From: Sphyrna mokarran
Taxonomy: Eukaryota
Assembly (NCBI GenBank): GCA_024679065.1
Contig: JAGIQG010000006.1
Location: forward strand, 115,320,001 to 115,384,000
Length of the DNA: 64,000 bases
Direction: 5' to 3'
The position numbers and the translations under genes are program-made. The notes beneath the pieces were generated by a model. It was not told the origin of the DNA. It ran no database searches and worked only from the letters and a program-made list of their open reading frames with translations. Every line of letters starts with the position of its first letter. The first letter of the stretch is position 1. This document shows, one piece after another, positions 12,876 to 25,652 of the stretch.

Positions 12876-14164
12876 AAACCGTTTAGAAAGAAACAGGAGA
12901 AATTATGGAAATGATGAAATTATTTTTCCAGAGATGTAAAGCAATTCTACACTCTGGTCAACATCAGTAGCAATATGTTACAGGAGAAGATGCAAGATCA
13001 CAACAAGTGCAGTATTTCTGCATCCCAAAGTTTGGAGAACCAAATCATCATCATCCAAACAGGAAAAGATAACCCAAACAAATTAAATTCACATTAAATA
13101 TGTAACTCTTAATTATTTACCACTGTTTTATGCTCTGGTGTTTCACTTTTACTGATCAACCCTGGATGCAGATTTAAATGCTGAATATGCTTAACAGAGA
13201 AGTATATTTTATTTAAGGCAATACTATCACATCAGATTTACAAATTAAGTGAGCTCCCGTGACAGAAAATTTCACAATTTTACATTAAAATTAGCCTTTT
13301 AACACTGATTATTTGTATTTTATTTACTTTCTCAGAATATTTTCTTTTAGTCATTCAAGGGATGTGGGCTTCACTGCTGAGGCCAACACTTATTGACCAT
13401 GCTAAATTGCCCCTGAGGTGAAGGTCGTGAGCTGCCATCTTGAACTGCTGTAGCCCATGGCCCAAAATGCTCTCAGAATGGCAATCTCGGCACATCGCTG
13501 CTCTTAATTGACCTATCCACGTCAAAATTGCAAAGCCTCTGTCTCGTCCAACCATTTTCACCCAGGCTGGATCAAACAGGAACAGCGAAGCAACCCCCAG
13601 CTGCATTGTGAAGAATAATTAAGGTACAGAGAATAAAGGAATGTACCCTTTTTATGGCACTAATTGCTATACAGGGGTTGTTTAAAGGGACAATTTAAAA
13701 GAAGAGGTTTTGAAGATGAGTGGTTCAGGCAACTGTTGGGGGCGGGGAGGTGCGGTGGGGGAACAGGGGAAAATGAGATGTCGGGTCAGGCGAGAGGACA
13801 GGGGTGGGTGTGTGTAGGGATGAGGGAGGGGGTGCAGTTTAAGGTAGGGGGTAGGTAAGGTTGGGCTGGAAGGAAATGCCAGACCAGAAGGTGGGATAGA
13901 GGGTTATCAGACTAGCGAGGGGTGGGGGGAGGAGTTCAGACTGGTAGGGGGATCCAGGCCTGTAAGAGGACCAGATTGGGTTAGGTGAGGGGTCACGTGT
14001 GTGCAAGAGGTGTCTGAGAGAGGCTGGGTCCAAGCATTCAGTTACTGTGGACTTAGAAGTGTCTTCAGCATTTTCAGAGTATAACTGGCAGCAGCACCCA
14101 AAGTTAGTGATTTAAATCACTTCTGTCAGATGGTTCTGTCAGATGCATTAGCAGATCAGAACAC

Positions 14165-14295
14165 TGCATTTGCCTGACGAAGGCACATAGTGTCGAAAGC
14201 TCGCAGATTTACTATCAAATAAATTGGTTGGATTTAAAATTGGTGTTGTAAAACTTTACTGAGTTTACCCCAGTCCAATGCCAGCATCTCTACAT
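14165..14295 (+). mobile_element. Penelope pLTR fragment with hammerhead-ribozyme-like core
   Basis: CTGACGA (14174-14180), stem II GGCAC-ata-GTGTC, GAAA (14195-14198), followed by atcaaataaa..gttggatttaa...tggtgttgt as at the Penelope end at 59395-59475. Confidence 0.7.
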
Positions 14296-14524
14296 GATGG
14301 TTCCCAGCCCAGTGCAGTTGTCCAGGGAAAGTCTGAACTTCTAGATGATTGACAGGTAAACCCTTACATGGGAATTTCCCAGAGGGATTTCCCAGCACAT
14401 TACTGGTATATCCCAAGTGCTGGGAACCAAGAGAGTGTGAGTCTCTGTGTTTACCACAGTGTTGTGAGGAGAGTTCCCCAATTTTGACTCAGGTCTTTCT
14501 GCACTTGAACATGGCCTGCTTTAG

Positions 14525-15520
14525 TATCTGAGGGGTCACAAATGGTGCTGAAAATTTAGCAATCATCACTGAACATCTCCATTTTTGACCTTATGAACAA
14601 AGCAAAGTCATTGATGAAGCAGCTGATGGTTGGACCCAAGATACTAACCTGAGGAACTCCTATAGTGATGTCCACAACTATCTTTTGTGCCAAGTATGTC
14701 TCCAACCAGCAGAGAGTTTTCCCCCAATTTCTACTGACTCCAGTTTTGCTCAGGCTCCTTGATACCATACTCAGTTAAATACAGACTTAATGTGAACAGC
14801 AATCACTCCCATTTCATCTTTACAGTTCAGTTCCTTTGTCAATGTTTGAAACAAGGCTATAATGAGGTAGGGAGCTGAATGACATTGGTGGATCCTAAAC
14901 TAAGCATTAGCAAGCAGGTTATTTCTGAGCAAGTGCTGCTTGATAGCACTTTGATGATACCTTCCATCACTTTGCTAATGATCAAGAGTGGACCAATGGG
15001 GTGAACTTGTCCTGTTTCTATACCCACATTGTTGGGTAGATGTTTGTATTGTAGCTGTACTGGAACAACTGCGCCAGCAAGTTAAGTGCACGAGTTTTCA
15101 ATACTATAGGCAGGACCTATAGCCTTTGCAGTATGAAGTTCCTTCAGCCATTTCTTGATATAACGTGGAATGAATCGAATTGGATGAAGACTGGCATCTG
15201 GGATGCTCGGGACCCCTGGAGTAGGCTAAGATGTACCATCCATTCAGCATATCTGGCTAAAAATTATAGCAAATACTGCAGCCTTGTTTTTTTGTACTGA
15301 AGTGCTGGAATCCCCCTTCATTAAGAATGGCGATACTTGTGGAACTGCCCTGACCAATAAGTTAACTGTCCACCACTTGATGTGGTATGATTGCAGAGCT
15401 TAGATGTGGTTATAGAATCGTTTAGCTCTGTCACTTGATGCTTATTCTGTTTGGCACACAAGTAGCCCTGAGTGACAGCTTTAGCTTCGCCAACTGACAC
15501 GTATGTCCTCCTGTACTCTT
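14525..15520 (-). mobile_element. CR1-group LINE ORF2 fragment (same family as 41200-43412)
   Basis: Minus strand WLETYLAQK...GVPQVSILGPTISCFIND....IRSKMEMFSDDC (RT domains); colinear with the plus-strand copy at about 41.4-42.3 kb. Confidence 0.85.
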
Positions 15521-18500
15521 CACTCAACCAGGATTGGTAGCTGTAATAAATGCTTTGCATTCAGCCCAACTAACTATTTTCACCATTCTTCCTATACTCA
15601 TATGTACCTGTGCAAAAATAGGTTTCTGTTCTATCTCAGCAACCTGTGCATACAACTTTAAATATTGTTTGAATGTTTTCTGCAAAATTAATAAATGTAG
15701 AAAAGTGTTTGTGGCAGATGGACAGAAAGTAGCAAGTGGTGAAGTCAATGGTCGAGCATGAGATGAAACAAAAGAGATCAGAGTTCAGCAACGGCAAGTG
15801 AAGAGCCTCCAAATGGGGAAAAAATGGGAGTGAAGCTCATCAGCAAGAAAGTAATCATAGTGGAGTTTCTAAATGACTGGAGAGTGAATTAAGCTTTCAA
15901 AGTCAGAAGGCGTCTTAGGAAAAGTTTCTAAAATGAGATAACAACTTCAGTTGCCGAAATAAATTGAGACATATGTTACTGCTAGCTTGAATATCATCAC
16001 AACACAATGAAAATTAAACTACTGTTATTTTCATCATTGGCTCAGAACTTGAGAGTCAGGCCATTTCCCGACATTGCACTCCAAAGTAAACAAAGTAAAC
16101 AAGCACGCACATAGTATTTTCATCTCGGAGGGGTCAGGAAAGGGCTGAAATCAAACGGGATGATAAGGCGGAAGGTTAGAAGGCTTGCATCTGTTCACAG
16201 GGACATTGGCCCAGTTCTGTTGATGATAATTAGCCCACCCTCATCCAACTCTCCAGTTCCCTCCATATGCCCATCCTTGCTCCAAACACCCATACTGTCT
16301 CCGTATAAACCTACCCTGTATCTGCTACGGATAGAAATTATTAACCCTATAATAACATGAAATCTTCAAAATGCTACTGAAATAAATAATCACCTTCTGG
16401 AAAATAATAAAATTGTCAAATAGAGCCAATGAATCCGTTTGAGATAAAGATCCTTTTAAGTGCTGATAAATCTGCAAACATAAACAACTATTCAAATCCT
16501 CTTCCATATGTCAATTAAATAAACCATACAGTTCCATCCACTGCTGTGTAAATAACCTCTGCTGAGCTAAATCCATTTATGGGATTTGGAACTTAGCCAT
16601 GCATTCATACTGACATTCCTTTGCACACTAAATAAACAAACTCTTCAGAGAAATACAAATGAGTCTTTGATGTTGCCTGACCAAACGCCTGCTACTTTTG
16701 TCCAGAGGGTCAACAGATGGGAGTTAAAGTCAAAGACATTTATCATCTGTTTAGCTACTTCAAAGGTTCAACTGATGTCTGAACTTTCAATTAATGTACA
16801 AAGTAGTGCTCAGATTACACATTAAAATCAGATTATTGATGCTGTGGAACACATAAGAGAACTTTATCCACCAGATAAAATACATAAATGTATGTGAAAA
16901 GCTACAAAATGCTAGTCAATTCAACGAAGATTTACCTTTTATGGAAGAGCCCGGAGATAAATCACGGCATTAAAACATACTTAAAATCATATTCAGCATT
17001 ACATTTGGAGTTGTCAAGAGCGTTTAAACTTACCTGTTAAACTCAATGATGGGCCTTGATGACAGATTCACAACTGACTGATCTGATGTGTCTTACAGAG
17101 GCATCACAAACATACCCACGTCACTGAAGATAGCAATCTCTGGGAAAATCATAATTTAGACTACCATGTAGATGCTGAACCCAATGTCACTCTGAGTGAG
17201 CGTTGGTTTCTCTCATGCTAATCTCATGATTCCTATGCTAATCAAAATGATGGCCGGAGGAAATTGGTTGGAAAATATGAACATAAGGTCTTGCCATCGA
17301 CCTCAATTTGGTTGCCCAATGGATGCTTGTCCAGCATTGGCATGGCAAAATTCAGCTAAGAAATCAAAGCACTGGAAATTAAATAACTGTGTTCAAATTA
17401 GTCTCCAAAAATATAACATATGAACATAAAACATTCAACAAAAATCAAAGAATGCAGGGAATTCTACACAGTTCATGCTGCCTTAACTTATTCTATTAGC
17501 ACATAAATATCATCATTGAGCTAACAGACAGAAATTGTAAACAGATCTTTGATAATGATACGCATGGGCATCTACACACTGAAATTGATCTACTTACACA
17601 TACTAATAGCCATTTCAATAACGACTGTGAACTCTCATAAGACTCATTCTGTTTAGCCATGAAAGAGTTAATGTCCCTGCCATTGGACATGCTATTCACT
17701 GGTTTCCAGTAAAGTTGAATACTTAAGAATCATGATTCGTTAGAACAGTAGGCCCACAGTAATCACAGTCTCTACAGAGAGATTGAGAATGACATATTGC
17801 ATAAAATTATGTAGAATATAGAGCATTAAAACAGATGATTTGGCTCAACTAATTTGTTCTGATGTTGATATTGCAGAGGATGATTTTAAATTTGTTCAGA
17901 CCTCAATTTTTTTAAACCAGGAAATTACAATGATTTCCCCTGTCCCCCTTAAGTTACACAAATCACTGGAATGTGTGAATCCATCCTAATGTAACTGAAC
18001 TACAGTTAAGGTATATCTGCTGACCAACAACAGTTTGGGCTATAAAACCCTGACAACATAATTTTCTAAGCCAGCAAAGAATCTTACCCACCATTTTTGT
18101 TTTTTTCTGATTACGTAGAAATTCACTTAAAAGGAATAAGAACAAACACCACACTAACGTGGTTAGAAACCTCAAATTAGGTGTATGGTGTTCTTTGTAC
18201 AGAACTATATGCACCATCTTTGATAGCTTTGTTGAGTTTTATTGCAAATGTAACTTTTTAAAATGAGGTGAAGAACAAGCTATCAGGAGATTTGAAAGAA
18301 CGACATTGGAGACTACTTGGGAAAAATAGTGGCTTCTCAAAGATTTCAGGATTGGTAAGTTGAAAATAGGCAACTTTCAGATCAATGAACACCAACTGAA
18401 CAATAGCCAGTACAATTTTAGGTTTTACTATAGAAGAGAATGATCCAAAACTGATCCCACTGTCTATTACTCCCCAGAGTTCTATATTGTTCGCTACATC

Positions 18501-19163
18501 AAATATTATCCAAATTTGCTTTAAAAGCTGCAAAACAGCAGAAATACTGGTTTGTGGTTTTTTGAGGCATTTAGTCCAAGGTTGGCAAAAGAATTTCAAT
18601 GAAGCAATGATCTTATTCTAAAAGCAATGGTTATCAAGAGATGGGAGTCAGGTTTCAAGTCAAAGATCTTTCAGAAAGGTCACTGACAGAAAACGTTAAC
18701 ACTTTCGGCAGATATTACTTGATCTGCTGAGTATTTTCTGTTTTCATTTATGTTAAAAATTATTGGTTGCACTCATTCCTTTGGACACTCCACTAAGTCA
18801 TAATGTTTATCCCCTAAATTATGAAGCTCTCCAACTATATATGTATTGCCTGGCAATCTCTAAAATGTATCAACAGTAATTAAATACAACAGTTGGTTTT
18901 CTAAAACACATTTGGAAACATTTTAAAAAAATCCGGTTTTCCCTCTCCTGTCTTTGCATTATCTACCTATTTTTTTCTCATCCAATTCTCAAATGTGTTT
19001 GAATGCATCCAGTTTTCTGTTAGCCATTCTGGAGCTGAACCATATTTTGGTTACTAAATGGCCGAGGAGATTGGGTCTTTAGAGAATTCAGGTGAGAGTT
19101 ATTGTATCAAAGTAATCACGTTAAATCTACGCTGGTTGGCCTCAATAAACTGTGATTGGGTAT

Positions 19164-19452
19164 TGTAACCACCCAATAGCTACATCATTGGTAGTATACC
19201 AAGGGGAGTGACAGTAGAATATGTGGTCTGTAGAGTCATAATGACAAGTACGTTTCGAGTGCAAAAGTCAACAAACTGCAAAGTGTATAGTATCATGACA
19301 CATGACATGACGTTAACATGACGTGCTAACATACAGGAGCAGTAATTCAATAAATACATATGTGCCAGACAGTAGACAACGTCTGTAATGAAAGTAGATT
19401 CACTAAAAATATATCCGAGTGTAAACTTCTCAAAGTCACCAGAGATATTACA
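19164..19452 (+). mobile_element. Possible solo LTR
   Basis: 289 bp bounded by TGTAA...TTACA, with an internal AATAAA near 19348 and repeated catgac motifs. Flanks GTAT/AGAT are not a clean TSD. Confidence 0.35.
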
Positions 19453-22400
19453 AGATTCTGAATTTTACAATGTATAAAACAGCCAGTAATACAATGTTAA
19501 CGTCTGCCGTGATTGGATTCACATTTCACTACGCATTTTTCACTACATGTTTTTTTTGCAAGTCACTCTGATGTAGTGTTGCAATCTGACATATAATATT
19601 TGGAGAGCTTTGAAAAAAACTTATGGTGTTAAGTCTCACTGATGTTTTGCTGCAACTCAAATAGACAAACACAAGTCATCCTACATTCGTATCTGAACAT
19701 AGCAAATGTTGCACACTCAACTACAAATTATAACTTGACATACCTGATGACATATCAGAAAATAGCTTTATATTTTACATATTGATACATCAGAACATAC
19801 CTAATATCTCCAAGTGTTCATTTATTGTTGCTAATTCCAATATTATTATTGTACCATTTTAAACAGAATTTAAACTTTATTAAATATTCTGTCAGACACA
19901 AATGTCCTTTCAGATATTTGTGTTGTCTTAATTAATCCATGACCTTCAGGGATAAACATAAACCTTATTTTCTATCACAATCTCTGGCTGGCTCACCAAA
20001 ACCAATACCGGATTGACTAATCTAAAATCGCTTAAAGTATACCACCTTTTCTTTGGAATTGACATGTTTCCCTCCAGTCCTCTGGTGCAACTTATACATT
20101 CAAGACATTTGAAAGGTTCCACATAATGCAAACTGAGTATCGCACCATTACATTTCCTATTTTTTAACCTTATCCATATGGATTCAATCTCACCACAAAT
20201 CCCAAGACATCTTAACGTTCCAGCCTAGTGACAGAATCTTTTACCAACAGTGCCACACTACTCAGGAGCCTAATTATTTTAAAATTAGGAAAATTCCATG
20301 TAGGTTACAACCACTTCTAAAGCCCCCATGCTGATTGTGAAACAGACAGGAAGAAAATTCAGTTGTAATTTTTCAAATGGCTCGTCTGAGACCACATGGA
20401 ATTGTGTAGCCTTTTCAGAACCAAAAATGCTTCTGCTTACTGGCAACTAATACTAACAATCAGACACTAGCGAGTTCAAGTTTTTGAAAAGCTCACATTC
20501 AAGTAACTGGCTGAGGTCAATTCCATTTTAATCTTGCATGCTTTCAAAAACTAAATACTTTTTTTTGAACACCCTGGTGTACAATAAACAATTGAAATGA
20601 TTTTTTATTGTTACAGTTTAATTAAGTTCAAAATTGGATTGCAGAACAATTTTATGGAAGAGGTTATAATTCTAAAAAACCATGTTGCCAAATACCTAGG
20701 TGCAAATAATTATACCACAGTGTATTTCTCGCTTGTAATGCTGTGAAATTTTATTATAAATACTTAATGAAATGAAAATCCAGAACAAATATATACCAAC
20801 ATCATGAAGAGTAATATAATACTGCTTGTTTTTGAATTGACCTTCCTAATGTTATTTCAACCACTGTCTGCAAGTCTGCTCACATCACCTGTATTTTCCA
20901 GCCAAAATAATCTGATTCATTACAAGTATATGTAACTGTGTTCCTCAAGACAGCTTCATGGTGTTTTATTCAAGAACTACGTTTTTGCACAAAATCAGCC
21001 AATTTCCTCCCTCCCCAACCCCAAGAGTGCACCACTGCAATGTCTATGAATGTTAAGCAAAAGAAAATAAAAAATGAATACCTAGTCCCCAGCGTTCAAG
21101 ACATTCACACTGAAAAACAGGCAGCACTTATGCCATTGAGAAAGCAATAACCATTACCCATTTGCATTAACATCAATTTTAAAGTTGCAGGTTATAGGAC
21201 CTTAAGTTCTTCATTTATTCCAGGCAGAAACAGCTGCATTAAGGGTCTCTGACAATTTAATGAATTACACTATTTTTCATACAAAACACTGCACAACAAT
21301 ATTTCATTTGAATTCAGATATCAAATTAAACTGGATGCATTTTGTGAAATTGAATCAATCTTCTGGTTCGCTCAATGGTTTCTTTGAGGAATCTCTACTG
21401 CATAACGCTAATCCATTGGAGCCATTTTTTTGTAAACATAGGACTTTTACATCCATATTACAGTGTGTTGTGTTAGCCATTAGTTATGGTGAGCAAATCA
21501 TGGGATTTATATATTCAAAATATGAATGATGAAAGGACGAATGCAAAAAAAAGCATAAATCAAAGGCACATATTGATCATAACAGTTCATTCCAAGGCGG
21601 CCTAGTGTACCTCCTGACTAGTTCAAATTGTATTTCCATTTATTCACCAATTACTGCAAAGAATGGTGCTAGGCAAGGATAAATAATCTCAAAGGGAGAG
21701 CACAGCTTAAATTAAGTCTGCAAAAATAAAGTTTTACACTTCATACAATAAATAATTTCACACCCGATATGAAAATATAAAATACCAATTAGTTTCTTAA
21801 TTAAAACTGCAGTATTATAAAATGTACAATGTACTAAATTCAATTTACTATAGCTATCCAAACTGCTGAAATTTTGCAAATTATTCCAAACAATCATACA
21901 CATGGAAACCCACTAGCTGGGAGGTGGGCAGTGGTTAATTGGGTGGGATGTCATAGGAAGAGAGTCAATTGCCTGCAATAATTCTTGGCCAGGAAGGCTG
22001 AGATCGGACTTCACAATCTGAGATCAACCGAAGCCTCTGGAAGTCAATTAATTATCACTTATGGACTTCAACCCACTATCACTGGTATTTTACCATTGGC
22101 GGCAGTTTTGGGATCCAAGCCCTGTGGCCAAGCTGTCAGATGTACCTTGGAACATCAACATATAACCATTGAGGTGAGGTACCTGTGTGCAACAGAGGGC
22201 TCCACCTGGGGCAAGGAGCTCCCCCACGGAAAGACTCCTTGTCTTTTAAACGCCTCCTACCATGACCTGGCCTGACTGAGCCCAGCAAAAAAATCTCATG
22301 CTTGCCGATCTCCACGGGCTTCATGTGATGTTTTTCCTCCCAGTCCTCCCGCAGTACCAACTGCAACCAGCAGCACTGCTTGTATCAAAGAACTGTTGGC

Positions 22401-22729
22401 CTTCAATTAGGCTGGCAGCTCTAAGATACAGGACACCTATCTTGGAGGATTTGGGAACCCTGACAGCAGATAGGTAGGTGCCTGATCGAATTTAAATCAC
22501 ATCAGAGTCCCAGGAATGGCCACAGCAGGGTTGCCACTACCTTGGCCATTAAGTCTAGCCAAACTGCATCTGTGCCAACTGTTTAAATGAATTATGTAAC
22601 TGATCTCATTCCTCTTGGCTTTCCCCAGTGTCCTGCAAATCTGGTATTTTCAATGTATATCTAATTCCATCTGCAAGTTATTTGTTTCCACCACTCTTTC
22701 AGGCAGCACATTCCAAATCAGAAAAAGAT

Positions 22730-22932
22730 AAAGTCCCATATGATCATAGGCTGCTCTCATTAAGGGGGAAAGCTGGCTGATGATTTAACCTGAATATCTC
22801 CACACCTCAGACGAAAGGCAAGGATGAGAAGCTGGGGCCTTCATGAATAACCTCATCAAGTAAGGGAATTGAACCTGTGCTGCTGGCTTTGTTCTGCATC
22901 ACAAACCAGCTGTCAAGCTAACTGAGCTAACT
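22730..22932 (-). mobile_element. Short tRNA-derived SINE, family 3, inserted in an old CR1 3' fragment (about 22560-23380)
   Basis: Minus strand gttagctcagttagc (A box) ... ggttcaattccc (B box) ... ttattcatgaaggccccagcttctc ... cagcctatgatcatatgggacttt. Confidence 0.75.
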
Positions 22933-23429
22933 AACTCCACTCACTGCAGAGAGAACATTTTCATCTCCCCTATGGTTCTTTTGCCAATTATCTTGAATCT
23001 GCGTTATTTATTTACTAATCATCTTGGCAATATCCTTATTTACTTTATCAAAAATCCTTCGTAGTTTTCAGCAAATTTCTCTGACTCCCTCAACCATCTC
23101 TAGTTGAAGTAAAACAATTCCAAATTCTCCAGACCAAAGTCCTTTAGTTCTGCTGCCAATCTAATAAATGTCCCCTGCACCCTCACTAACAGCCTTAACA
23201 TTATTTTGAAAGTGTGGCTCCAGAATTAGACACAATATTCCAGCTGAGGCCTAAGTAACTATTTCAAAAAGTTTGATGTGATTTTCTTGCTTTTATCCTT
23301 TATCTCTTGTTTATAAAATTAAGGATTCCATATGTTATTTTTCAAAACAGCCTTACAGGCCATCACCTTTAAAAGATCTATAAAATGAACTTTCAATAAA
23401 ATTCACTGAATAATAAAAAAAATGCATAA

Positions 23430-23772
23430 ACTTAAGCATTTCTTTAGCACCTGTTCCGAAGTCTTTCATAGCCAATAACAGTAGTAGTAATAATATTAAT
23501 AATCAGTGACTCAATTTTACCTTTGTGAGCTGAGCGGCCAATTTGTGCCAAGCATGATTCCACAACTATCAGTGATAAATGATCAGTCAACCTATTTTCG
23601 TGATGGTGGTTGAGTGGTAATGAGACAGGACATTGGGAGACTGGAGCATTTATTTTCTAGAATTGCCATTATATCTTGACTTGAAAGGGCAGATAGAGCC
23701 TCAATTTAACATCTCTCTGAAAGACAAGACCCTTGAACAGGGCAACATTTCCTCACTACTGCATTGTGCTGT
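23430..23772 (-). mobile_element. DeuSINE (SacSINE1/AmnSINE1-like) remnant
   Basis: gcggccaatttgtgccaagcatgattccacaa...gtgatggtggttgag...gggcagatagagcctcaatttaacatctctctgaaagac...cctcactactgcat follows the recalled reverse Deu-domain consensus. Confidence 0.72.
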
Positions 23773-23782
23773 TGTTCTTACT

Positions 23783-24140
23783 TATTCATTCTGGGATGTG
23801 GCATCACTGGCTGGGTCAGCATTTATTGCCCATCCCTGAAGACACTTAAGTTACACATAGGCCAGACCTGCTCTTAAGTCACATATAGACCAGACCTGCC
23901 CTTCAACCTGAACTAGATGGGGAGGCAGTGGCATAATGATATTATCACTGGATAATAACCCAGAGACCCAGGGTTTTTCTGGGAACCCCGCTTTGAATCC
24001 CACCGTGGCAGATGGTAAAATTTGAACTTAATAAAAAAAATCTGGATTGTTGTAAAACAAAAGTCAAATGGAGTCACATATAGGCCAGACGAGGTAAGGA
24101 CAATAGATTTCCTTATCTAAAGGACATTAATGAACCAGAG
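23783..24140. mobile_element. Internally rearranged copy of tRNA-headed SINE family 2
   Basis: 3' tail on minus (23783-23850), head on plus (about 23895-24058), middle on minus (about 24070-24140). Each block matches 25338-25652. Confidence 0.85.
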
Positions 24141-24360
24141 TTGTGTCTCTTGAACTCACAAGCTTTCAAATCAGAGATAAAATTTAATGAGATCGCTGTT
24201 GTAAATTGTTTACAAATATATTATATTTTTAGATTTATTCAAGTGCATATTAATTTACTAGTTGTCAAAAGCTTTGTACCTTCCTTTGATAGCCTTATGG
24301 TTCTTGCAGTAATTCCTGCAAGATGTCAGGGTACCTTACATTTGAAAGAGATTTTCAAAC

Positions 24361-24834
24361 AATCTAATTTCCTGGAAAATCTCAGCAAGTCTGGCAGCAT
24401 CTGTAAGGAGAGAAAAGAGCTGATGTTTCGAGACCAGATGACCCTTTGTCAAAGCTAAAAGGCATAGAAAGTGGAAGACATTTACAGTGTAGAGTGAGGG
24501 AATGAAAGATGAGTCATAGTCAGCACGCAGAACTGTAAACTTATAGCTTTTCTGCCATTTGGCCATTCACCTGTTTATTCTCTCTGTGGACAGTTGTTAG
24601 CAGTCTTTTCTTCTGACTTCCATGGCTATGACTCATCTTTCATTCTGTCACCCTGCACTATAAATATCTCCCACTTTCTATGCCTTTTAACTTTGACAAA
24701 GGTTATTTGGACTTGGAATGTCAGCTCTTTTCTCTCCTTATAGATGCTGTCAGACCTGCTGAGATTTTCCAGCATTTTTTCTTTTGGCTTCAGATTCCAG
24801 CATTCACAGTAATTTGCTTTTAATCTAATTTCCT
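24361..24834. repeat. Inverted repeat of Penelope-pLTR-type arms flanked by a 13-bp direct repeat
   Basis: Arms about 24372-24521 and 24622-24772 are reverse complements. aatctaatttcct occurs at 24361-24373 and 24822-24834. Confidence 0.88.
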
Positions 24835-25337
24835 TGTTCTTTCCCCATAGTCTTGTGAACCTGGCGTTGTTAATGTATTAATTCCAATTTGGAAGTTACT
24901 GATGAATTTGTTTCTTCCACCATTTCAGGCAATGCACTCAAGATGATCACTTCCCTCCGATTCTTCCATTCTGCAATTTCAGGTATCTAATTATACAATT
25001 ACATAATCCAAGACCTGAATCAAAAACTGGTCTTTTCACATGCACTCATATACATTTCTCTCTCCAACCTTTCACTGAGAAATATTTCATTTGGATGTGA
25101 ATTGTTATGCCATCTTATTTTCAAGTAACAAATGAATATTAACCAAAAGCAACTTCTTCATTCAATTTCATTTTATAAGCTGGAAGAAAATGCTAAATTC
25201 TATACCTGCTCCTTTTGTGGAGGACTTACTAGTGTTTTTACTCCTTGCAAAAGCTGACCTCATGCATCTTAGGTTTCAGAACTAAATTGTTCTTTAAAGA
25301 TTGTGTTTCTTTTTTCTCCTGTGTTATTGTTCATATT

Positions 25338-25652
25338 TATTCATTCTGGGATGTGGGCGTCACTGGCTGGGACAGCGCTTTTTGCTCATCCCTGAAGACA
25401 ACTTAAGAGATCTGGAGTCACATTTAGACCAGACCATGTAAGGACAATAGATTTTCTTACCTAAAGGACATTAGTGAACCAGATGGGTTTTACAACAATC
25501 CAGTTTTTTTTATTAAATTCAAATTTTACCATCTGCCATGGTGGGATTCAAAGCTGGGTTCACAGAACATTATTCTGAGTCTCTGGGTTACTAGTCCAGT
25601 GACAATATCATTATGCCACTACCTCCCCATCTAGTTCAGTTTGAAGGGCAGG
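25338..25652 (-). mobile_element. tRNA-headed SINE family 2, short subfamily
   Basis: Minus strand gtggcataatgatattgtcactggactag...tttgaatcccaccatggcagatggt...gggatgagcaaaaagcgctg...acgcccacatcccagaatgaata. Confidence 0.88.
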
